Shown piece by piece: positions 54,124 to 64,000 of a stretch of 64,000 nucleotides of DNA (position 1 is the stretch's first letter; every line of letters begins with the position of its first letter). The stretch lies in NCBI RefSeq assembly GCF_006345805.1, contig NC_043004.1, positions 63,922,001-63,986,000 on the forward strand. The letters are read 5' to 3'. A program made the translations under genes and the position numbers. The stretch is from Octopus sinensis. Lineage: Eukaryota. The notes beneath the pieces were generated by a model that made no database searches, was not told where the DNA came from, and saw only the letters and a program-made list of their open reading frames with translations.

Positions 54124-54891
54124 GCATGTGTGTATATGTATATCTATATATATGTCTGTATCTATCTATATATCTAACTATGTATCTATACGTGTGTAAA
54201 TGAATGCATGTATTGTGCATACATTCAGCCCTATGAATCACAGGCTGAAAGCGTAGATTTTAGGGAAAGGAATACAGTGATTAAAACAACTATTCGTATT
54301 TAAATAGTAGTTACATTATAGATCGAAAGGGGATGAAAGGCACAATGAAGTATGTCGTTTTTCGTGTTTTTTATTTGCTCCTTTGGACAATTTTTGGTGC
54401 AGATCTACTCTTTTTTCTTTGTGGGTTTTCCCTGTGTGTGTGTAAGTGTGTGTGTGTGTGTGCTTGTGTATGTGTGTCTGTATGTTTGTGTGGTGTGTGT
54501 GTGTCTATAAGCATTCCGAGAAGATGAATAGAAGACATCATTCTTGCTTTTACCTATAATACTACTATTATAGGGATGTTACCCTATTGTAAATTTAACT
54601 ATTAGCAGAAGCCTGGTAAGTCAATAGCAAATGGTCTAGAAAGAAGAAACCCCGCTGAGGAGAGAGTTTAGGCCCATAGCTTCTTGCACATTAAAGAGAC
54701 TGGGCTGCATCCAGGTCAAGACTTCTGGGTGCTTTTCTGCTGACACTTCTAAGCCACTAGGATATCGGAGGCTTGTGCATTTAATCCGCTTTGACTGGCA
54801 TATTTTTCGATCTTGAGTACATGTACTTCTATTCTATCAATACTTTCAACCAGTATCGTGAGTTTAATCTTAACCATTCTCACTTTTATAC

Positions 54892-55330
54892 CTATCAGTA
54901 TAGCCCGGCTTTGCTCGGGATTAAGTTAGGATTATTAAGCTAATCAATTGGTAAACTTTTAGCTGAAAATGAGTTGCAGACAATTTGATTGGGAAATCCC
55001 ATAAGGAATCACTTTATCGATTTATTCCATTCATCGAGTGTTTTCGTTTTTTCGTTTTTGAAGAACTTAAAGCATTCAAAGATCCCATGAGTCCTAAGTA
55101 ACGCTGGCATCATGTTTGAACAAAATACATCAAAATTGGTAAAAGTTATGGTTGAAAATGGTGTGTAGCAAATTTTAGTGGGAAATTCTATAAGGAATCG
55201 GTTTATCGATTTTTTTAAATATTGATCAAATGGAAAACCCCATAAGGAAACAGCTAATTTAATTTTCACTTCAAATAGGACTTCACCGAACACAGCATTG
55301 CTAATTCAAAAACATATATATTTATACTTT
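54892..55330 (+). mobile_element. Helentron-associated-like non-autonomous element
   Basis: 5' hairpin tagcccggctttgctcggga, shared with 62686-62725; non-coding body. Confidence 0.45.
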
Positions 55331-55579
55331 AAAGTTGGTTTTCATACCCAACCCAGTTCTGCAGAATCAGTGTCGCGACGGGCCGCATGGGTTGGATGTT
55401 TGATCGGCAGAGGTGATCAGGTTGTACATGCCAGTCCTTTTGAAAACACCACTACCATCATCTAACCCCTCTTTTCTCATGGGTTCGGAACCCTTCCAGC
55501 AAGGAAAATAGAACGCCTAAAAGGGCTCCCAATCCTCTGTGTCAGAAGCGGTTATGATCAGATCACAACTAAATCATAA

Positions 55580-55616
<37 letters not shown>

Positions 55617-55823
55617 TGGGCAACACACACACACGTACACCTGTTCGTGTGTGTGAGTATTTGTGTGTATGCGTGTGTTCGATGGGGTATGTGACACAGA
55701 AAGTGTGGTGTGTATGTGAAGAGACAGAGATAGTACTGTTGCTGATGTGTGTGTATGTGAGAGAGAAAGGTTATATATACATATGTATACATATATACAT
55801 ATTTATACATATATATATATACA

Positions 55824-55923
55824 NNNNNNNNNNNNNNNNNNNNNNNNNNNNNNNNNNNNNNNNNNNNNNNNNNNNNNNNNNNNNNNNNNNNNNNNNNNNN
55901 NNNNNNNNNNNNNNNNNNNNNNN
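55824..55923. other. Assembly gap (100 N)
   Basis: Run of exactly 100 N. Confidence 1.
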
Positions 55924-56325
55924 TTGGTCAATAAATAAAGACAGGCCACTTCTCTTGCAAGACAATGCTCGACCACATGTTGCACAAAGAATGCTACTCA
56001 TGTTACAGGAACTGAACTTAGAAGTACTCCACCATATTCAACAGACCTTGCACCAACTGACTATCGCGTTTTCCAGACATTAGACAACATTTTCCAAAGT
56101 AAAAACCTTAAATCTGAAGAAGATGCAAAAACAGCCTTTCCTGATTGCATCGCCCTTTGCTCTCCAGAATTCTTCGCTAACGGCATAAATAAGCTACCGA
56201 TAAAATGGCAAAATCGTGTTGATAATTTAGATGCATACTTTGATTAACTGCATTGCTTTTTGTTGAGATAAAGTAGAATAAACTTTCTGTTCAAAGTCGG
56301 CCATTTTATTGTTAATGACCTGATA
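55924..56325 (+). mobile_element. 3' end of a cecropia-like mariner, truncated by the gap
   Basis: PLLLQDNARPHVA, DLAPTDY, FFANGINKLPIKWQ...AYFD*, then TIR-like ttttattgttaatgacctgata-ta. Confidence 0.9.
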
Positions 56326-56519
56326 TAATATATATATATATATATATAATATATATATATATGCGGTGCCCCAGCATGGCCACAGCTCGTGAGCTGAAAC
56401 TAGATCAAATAAAATATATATATGTATATATAATATATACATATATATACATATATATATATATATATGTCATATATATATGAATCAGAAATATTAAATT
56501 TCTAAATATCTCATAGAGA

Positions 56520-56786
56520 TATGTTTTGCGGTGGTGGAGCGATAGAGTGGTTGTATACTGTCAACTTAACGTGACAGTCCCGTAAGGGAATTACACACCG
56601 CTATTTAGCCCTAGGAAGCATCGACGCTTCCTGTCGGCCTTGACACATTTCCTGTGTCCTTATACATTTACGAAGGGGAGACAAACACCCCCAACAGCTA
56701 GGCCCGCATCTAGAGACATGCATGTTTCTGGGTCTTGCCCAGCATCAGTCTAGAGTTGCAAGGCCTGCTAGCTGAAGATATTTGTC

Positions 56787-56790
<4 letters not shown>
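56520..56790 (-). mobile_element. About 270-bp highly structured non-coding element headed by a hammerhead motif (retrozyme-like)
   Basis: Hairpins ggaagc-atcgac-gcttcc and gacaca-tttcc-tgtgtc plus the hammerhead at 56695-56774; bounded by (TA)n-rich flanks. Confidence 0.55.
56695..56774 (-). ncRNA. Minimal type I hammerhead ribozyme motif with an A9-to-C core substitution
   Basis: Minus: tctaga-CTGATGC-tggg-caaga-ccca-GAAA-catgcatg-TC-tctaga. Stem III is the palindrome ACATGCATGT. Stem I is extended by gca/tgc, ggcc/ggcc and cagcta/tagctg. Confidence 0.55.
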
Positions 56791-56817
<27 letters not shown>

Positions 56818-57139
56818 ATTTATATATATATATATATATGCATATATGACGGATCTCGACACAGTTTTTCCAACTAACAGACGCACTCATAAGGCAGTAG
56901 TCGGCTCGTAGCACCTGTAGAGATCACTTACCCAAGGTGTTACGCTTTGGAATGAATCCGATATCACTTGATTGTAAAGCGAGATTCTTAACCGCACCTA
57001 TTTGCGCCTATTTAAAAAATTTTATTTTTGTTTTGTTTTATTTTTGTATAATTTCAGTTAACAAGATTCGCATAAGCCGATTGGAGAGTTTTTTCTAAAT
57101 ATTTTGCCCATGGAGTAAAGAAAGAATTAACATCAAATA

Positions 57140-57720
57140 TCAATATAGATCAAGTTGATCAAAGTTGGTTATTGTTGGTTACGGAAATGAGAAGGCTGTT
57201 ATCATCTGTATATCAGTGAGGTGTTGTAGGAGATTACGTCGAGCAAGTTCATGGTGTAGAGTAGAAAAACGTCTTGAGGACACCAAAGGTGACAGTGTAT
57301 GGATGAGAAGGAGGTCCCTGAACAACGCTATGGGGTCTACCAGAAAGCTGATGAACCAAGAAATGAAAGACGGATACAGTATTTAGACTGGAGTTTAGAG
57401 TACCCGACAAAGTTAAAAGATAAATTTCAAATCGGTGACCAGCCTTCAGAAGTAATTATCCATCGGATGTTTTAATCTTACAAATGCATTAGTGGTGATC
57501 ATTGACGTGGTAGGGAGGTTCAATATGTCGGGGACTGTCATTAATAAAGGCTTTCTCTATTAATTTTGAGATGTGGGGAGATGCGATAAGTATGTAGTGG
57601 GTATGAGTTGAAGGGTTGGTCTTCTAACCAATGAAATATTTCCACAGGTTATGACGTATCCCTGGAGGAAGACAGTTAAGGGCTGGGGAAGGATTTACTG
57701 CTGAGTGTAGACAGAATGGG
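57140..57720 (-). pseudogene. Very old LINE reverse transcriptase fragment (CR1/L2/Jockey group)
   Basis: Manual translation: PHISKLIEK, LSGRPHSVV.GPPSHPYTVTFGV, YTDDNSL. Confidence 0.65.
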
Positions 57721-58014
57721 CGTTACTCTGATAGTCATTGCTTGATGTTATGCAGGGTATGTTGTTTGGGCGGTTCAGAAACTTTGTTGATTTGAAAGAA
57801 AGGAATGTATTTTCATGAGTGGTGTGTAAAGTGATGAAAATAGAGTAGGAAATAGTAGATTTGAAGGAGATTCACTTACCCTGTGCATTGTTGCTTGCTA
57901 TGCTTTTTATACACATGCAAAATGCACAATGTATGTATAAGGACATATATATGTAATATATATAGAGAGAGAGAGACATATGCATATATATATATATATA
58001 TTCTTTCCTGTTTT

Positions 58015-58300
58015 TCTTTTGTTCTTTTATTTGTTTCACTTATTTGACTGCGGCCATGCTGGAGCACCACCTTTAGTCGAACAAATCGACCCCGGGACTA
58101 ATTCTTTGTAAGTCCAGTACTTATTCTATTGGTTACTTTATCCGAGCCGCCAAGTTACGGGGACGTAAACACACCAACATTTGGTTTGCCAAGCGATGGT
58201 GAGGGGGACAAACACAGATACAAATACATACAAACACACACACATATATATATATATATACATACGACGGACTTCTTTCAAATCTACCAAATCCACTACA
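58015..58300 (-). mobile_element. SINE family A, 3' two-thirds
   Basis: tttgactgcggccatgctggagcaccacctttagtcgaacaaatcgaccccgggac...ctaccaaatccact. Confidence 0.9.
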
Positions 58301-58316
58301 CCTTATATAATATATA

Positions 58317-58353
<37 letters not shown>

Positions 58354-58361
58354 TATAATAT

Positions 58362-58414
<53 letters not shown>

Positions 58415-58475
58415 TATACATACATCTATATATGTATATATATATATTTATACATACAGACATATACAACATACA

Positions 58476-58535
<60 letters not shown>

Positions 58536-58655
58536 AATCATAGATAAATATATATATAGATACCCACAAACACAACACAATACACACACATACATGCAAA
58601 CACAAACACAGCACACATACAGACGCACACATACAGATATATATCTACATATCTA

Positions 58656-58700
<45 letters not shown>

Positions 58701-59545
58701 GTGCGAGAGAGAGAAAGAGATTGAAAGACAGAGACAGACCCTCAACATGAGCATAATCTGAGGGGAGGGAAAGGATTTGAGATTGGGAATAAAATATTGT
58801 TGATCCAGCATATTTCAATATAAGTAGCTAAGGGGATTAATTTAATCTACACTATCCAGAAAATATGGGGAAAAAAACTTTCTCAATTTTCTTACATTTT
58901 CATATACAAATATTCGATGTTATTTTTGTGCTATCATTCTTACTTATTCTCTGCTCCATATAGGTTTCCTGCTTATTGTTTCTTTGTTTTTACGCGTATA
59001 CATACGTCATTCCCTTAACATCGTTCTGTTTCTCCATAGCTATAAAAGATTATTCAACTAAACGTTTGCTATGGCCCCTACGTTGTCAAAGATCCAGTAA
59101 GAAATTGCATCTAAATCACCCACAATTCACGAAATAGTCATTTAAAAGGACATACTGGAGAACGTGGATCTAGGTTCTTTATAGGTAGGAAATAGCTCAC
59201 GCGATCACGGCTGGAATGCTTTCCATTCGCATGTGCGCTTCATCTGCGCTGACGGAGGACAAGCGATTTTAGTATATACAAACTAAACTCGCAATTAAAC
59301 TGATCTGATTCTGTCTAATTTTCATTACGGAGTATATATATATATATATATATACGTAAAAACAATTAAGATTCAAAAGATTCAAATACTTGACATTATA
59401 TTTGCTGTAATATTTGCAGCTTGAAATTAAATGTTTTTAGTATGAAACAATTGTACTAATCTACCGATCCATTCTTGTTGCTTTTTTCTTGGTTATATAT
59501 ATATATATGTATGTATGTATGTGTGTATGTATGTATGTATATATG

Positions 59546-59579
<34 letters not shown>

Positions 59580-59655
59580 TGTATGTATGTATGTATGTAT
59601 GTATGTATGTATGTATGTATTGATAATTGAGAAGACTGACTGTACTGGGACCTTT

Positions 59656-59890
59656 ATTCAGCATGACGATCGTTTCGGCTTATATCTGCATTGTTCCCTT
59701 TTGGATGGGGAATGATATAATAAAATCGAATGCACTCCACAGTGCAAAAGAAATCTCATCAGGGTACATGGTACACACACACACACACATCTATATATAC
59801 ATGTATAGCAAAATGTACATATAACAATATAACGTATCAAGTCCAAAGGAAGCAGTGTAGATGTAAGCCGAAACGATCGTCGTGCTAAAT
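59656..59890. repeat. 35-bp inverted repeat containing hammerhead half-sites GAAACGATCGTC
   Basis: 59656-59690 vs 59856-59890, 31/35 identical; minus-strand CTGATGA at 59762-59756. Confidence 0.7.
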
Positions 59891-60297
59891 TAAGCCTACA
59901 GTACACTCTGTCTTGCCTATCAATTATTCAAAATATACTGAACATGTACCAAAGAATTCCTTAAGTAGATCCTGCGACTAATGCGCAGTACAGCGGATGA
60001 CGTCCGTTAGCCATAAGTGCTGAACGTGCTTTCAAGGCACACTACTAAGGACATACCCAAAACAAGGTTAGAGCGTATACGAAATAAATGGATTTACTTC
60101 AGTGTGATGTAAAAATGAAAACCAGTTTTAGTGTGCATAGGTGGCACTGCAGGTAGCTGACCTTAGGAAGCTATTGTAGTCTACCATGTAAAAATTGGAT
60201 TCAGCCTTTCGCAACTCCTTATGACTTAGATAGATAATGTAGTGCTAGGTCTGGAGTACTCCGAATTCACAACCATATATTTCATTATTCTCAGTGC

Positions 60298-61092
60298 GAT
60301 TGTGTGGGGTATTAAAACTATTAATATTAAGTTCTGTATTGTTCTCATCATGCTGTCGACACTGTTACGTAAAGTACGTCGCGGCTTCCCATCTATGATG
60401 AAACTATAGATCTCTCGCCAGGCGGAGAGCTTGACTGAGTCGGCCAGTCGCTTCCGTAATTAGGATTTGCGTTAAAGCTATCGTCAGGTTTCGTTTACTC
60501 ATTCACTGTGCAGCAGTTTCATATTACACGTGCATCCAGTTCAGATTATTGGGTAATCAGATGAAACCGATTTCAAATTACGCTATGGTGTTAGCTGGTT
60601 TTATCCCATTTCAATACAATTTCATATTACTTCAATGGAATATTTACTTGTTACATTTAATATGTTTATCTTGACATTATATTAACTACTACTACTACTA
60701 CTACTACTACTACTGCTACTGCGGCTGCTACTACTACTACTAACATTACTGCTGCTGCCACTACCACTACTAGTAATATTACTACTACTACTACTGCCAC
60801 TTGGTGGCAGTAGTTGTAGTAATAGTATTAGTGCAAGTATATTTGATGCCATGTTCAGAAAAAACCCTAAATGTGAAGTGGGGCATATGATAGCTATTTG
60901 AGATTACTGGGTAGTGACTTGTAACGGAGATAGCTGGAAGTCTTTTTTCACAATGATTACTAAGATATACATATGATTGCGTCTATAAAACTATTGTAAA
61001 TGTGATGAGACTAAATTTTACGTAACAGTGTCGACTACATGATGAGAAAAATACAGAATTTAATATTAGTAAATTTAATACCCCACACAATC
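60298..61092. mobile_element. About 800-bp MITE-like element with roughly 75-bp inverted termini and an internal (CTA)n tract
   Basis: gattgtgtggggtattaaa...gtcgacactgttacgtaaa (60298-60372) vs tttacgtaacagtgtcgac...ccccacacaatc (61017-61092). Confidence 0.65.
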
Positions 61093-61380
61093 AGCCGTCT
61101 AACACATTGCAACCAGAATAAATATGACGAGAAGTTATTGAAATATAATACGCAACAGTTGTAGTACCTGGGGATCTATATATATATTGGCACTTCATTT
61201 TATGCATATATTACTAAAATGACAACATCATACTGTGTAGACGAATGTCAGAATAGACTCAGTAAAAATTTTTAAATGAGAACAAGTGAAGTTGATCTGA
61301 TGAAAAGCATTTTCTCATTCTAGTCAAGATGATAACAGCTAACTGCTGTTGTCAATGTCAAGCTGGATTTGGATTCGAAA

Positions 61381-61640
61381 AATTCCAACAACCCTCCACC
61401 AAAACCTATTTCTTTACTACCCACAAGGGGCTAAACACAGAAAGGATAAACAAGGACAGACAAACGGATTAAGTCGATTATATCGACCCCAGTGTGTAAC
61501 TGGTACTTATTTAATCGACTCCGAAAGGATGAAAGGCAAAGTCGACCTTGGCGGAACTTGAACCCAGAACGTAACGGCAGACGAAATACCACTAAGCATT
61601 TCGCCTGGCGTGCTAACGATTCTGCCAGCTCGCCGCCTTA
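61381..61640 (-). mobile_element. Full-length SINE family B (best copy in window)
   Basis: Minus head ggcggcgagctggcagaatcgttagcacgcc, B box gggttcaagttcc, body gtcgactttgcctttcatcctttcggagtcg, tail gccccttgtgggtagtaaagaaatagg. Confidence 0.92.
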
Positions 61641-61911
61641 AAACCGTTGCCCATACGCTGCCATTGAGCTACTGTTAAAGGCAGAAAATCGAAAAGGCAA
61701 TGACTGTTTTTAAATGGTATGGCCAAATCGAGTGATTTATAGCAGCTCATATAAATCATAAGAATGTATACACTTATGTAGATTGGCAGATTTATTTTTA
61801 TATATACAAATATCTGAAGCTTAGTAGCAGATATAATGCATAAATGCATGCATGCATGCATGTATGTATGTATGTATATATATATATAATATATATATAT
61901 TATATATATAT

Positions 61912-61942
<31 letters not shown>

Positions 61943-61947
61943 TATAT

Positions 61948-61980
<33 letters not shown>

Positions 61981-62213
61981 ATAATATATATAATATATAT
62001 ATATATATATGTATCTATATGTATTTTATATATATTATGAAAATGCGTGAATATATATACATATTTAATCACATGCATGATTTATGCATATGTCGACAGA
62101 CATATGCATGTTAACATAAAAGAACGATCGTGTGTGTGTGCATATATACATATATGAATAAATATACACATATTTCCATAGACATATCAGCTCACACATA
62201 TGTATATAAATAT

Positions 62214-62271
<58 letters not shown>

Positions 62272-62685
62272 TATACATATATGCACAGACATGCGCATAT
62301 AAAGAAATATCCATATTTATAGAAATACTTATCACTAGATTTATCCATACGCATATAACACACACAAACACATATATAAACTCCAAAGGCAAAGCACAAC
62401 CACTTGAAATTGCGCACATGCACCATACAAAAGAAAGCACTGAAGAATATATGCTCATGTGAGTGTGTCTGTGTGCGGGCGCGCGCGTGGGTACGTTTCT
62501 ATTTATGTGAGAGTGAGAGAGAAAGAGGTAGAGTGGGTGTGGATATGAGTGTTATATACGTCTATGAGCCTGTGTAAATGTCTGCACAATCTCCTTGCGT
62601 TATATCTGTGAATATTTCTATGTAAATATAAATGTAGATTGCACATACTAGAAGGAACATCACCCTGTCAGCTATTTCATAATGT

Positions 62686-63071
62686 ACTAGCATTATCGCC
62701 CGGCGTTGCTCGGGTTTGTAAGGGAAATAACTATATAAGCATTTTTAGAGATGTAAAGTATAATAGCCATCTCAATATGGCTAACCACAAAGGTGAGTGT
62801 TACTGTAGCTTTTTACGTTCTGAGATTTAATAATAAATCTTTAGAGAATTACTTCCATTATATATTCCAAAAATGGGAAAAATTGATGGTAAATTTTTTT
62901 TTAAATCGTAGACTCATTGTAGACGCGCATTAATACCCTGAAGGGCTCGATATGAATCACGACTATAAGGTACCCGGTTTTGGTTAAACTGCACCGCAAA
63001 ATGTGGGAGTAGTTAAGAATCTAAATCGTAGGAGACAGACAGCACACAACCTCACTTTTATATATAAAGAT
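62686..63071 (+). mobile_element. Helentron-associated-like (HINE/DINE-type) non-autonomous element
   Basis: Starts actag..cgcccggcgttgctcggg (subterminal hairpin), has a short acag/cac repeat near the 3' end, and ends cttttatatataaagat. Confidence 0.55.
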
Positions 63072-63567
63072 TACGTGTAGGCGTTATTGTTGTTGATGCT
63101 GATGATGTTACGGTTCTCGCTGCTGCTGTTCCTGTTGTTGATGATGCTGTTATTAGGTATTGATACGTGTTTACCTAAATTGCGAGGATGATCCGGTGCT
63201 TGACTGAAGATAAAACGCTTCCAATGATCCGTCCGTGTTTTTTTTTTTTATCGTCTATCTGGATGTTTTGTTGTCCCCTTTTTCTAACACCTAGTTGTCC
63301 GGGATGTTTTGCGTTTTGTCCCATTTTGTACTTTATTTTACATATATATATATATTATATATATATAAAGTTAATCCAAACAAGAAAACAAAAAACAAAA
63401 ACACAACAACGCGAGGACGTGGAACAAATACAGTATTATTGGACGCTCAGGAAAGAAGGAACATATATATATATAATATATATATATATATATAATATAT
63501 ATATATACATACATACATACAATACATACATACACATACATACATACATACATACAACATACATACA

Positions 63568-63598
<31 letters not shown>

Positions 63599-64000
63599 CA
63601 TACATACATACGCACATACATACATACATACATACATACACACATACATACATACACACACACATACATACATGCATACATACACATATACATATATATG
63701 TAAAACCTACATGCTCAGAAAAATAAGAAGGGGCCAGGATTTGGATAAGCAAAATTTTGGAGCGAAATGGCTAAATAAACAGTTGGTATCTAAGTCTTGA
63801 CTAACTCCTTTTTCTTAATATATATATATATATATCGAACAATTTATACACACACACACACACACGTATGTACATACACAGACACATGTCCATATACACA
63901 GACATGCACATATACGCACGCACATTGTGCTATCAACTGGGCTCTCAACTTCTTTGATACATAATAGATGTTTATAAGAAATATGTATATGTATATCTAT

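Noticed and set aside
55440-55560. Twister-ribozyme-like motif on the minus strand (gggttccgaacccat...aaaagagggg)
   Set aside because: It resembles the P4/GAGGG half only; no matching P1, UAA cleavage loop or GCC element could be placed.
57347-57372. CTGATGA...GAAA on the plus strand
   Set aside because: No stem II or stem III pairing; it lies antisense within a LINE RT fragment.

Overview
AT-rich, microsatellite-saturated animal genomic DNA (intronic or intergenic). It is most likely an octopus/coleoid cephalopod; this is inferred from three tRNA-derived SINE families resembling the octopus OK/OR types and from the repeat landscape. There is a 100-N scaffold gap at 55824-55923. No host protein-coding gene can be identified with confidence, and almost all ORF-track entries are translations of (TA)n, (GATA)n, (TAA)n or (CA)n repeats. 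Everything recognisable is a mobile element. DNA transposons: a near-intact 1292-bp DD34D mariner inserted into a SINE, a full-length decayed DD36E Tc1-like element, a DD37E-like element, several older mariners (one a fold-back made of two 5' ends), and Helentron-like non-autonomous elements. Retroelements: R4/Dong-like REL LINEs sitting in (TAA)n arrays (one a two-family chimera), CR1-like LINEs (one sharing its 3' tail with the dominant SINE) and Tx1/L1-like fragments. The most interesting signal is not in the ORF track: small non-coding, fold-back elements carrying minimal type I hammerhead ribozyme motifs with palindromic stem III. These are 4759-4828 (intact core), 56695-56774 (one core substitution) and half-sites at 59656-59890, plus a related palindrome at 46590-46775. 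They suggest several families of Penelope-derived or retrozyme-like non-autonomous retroelements.
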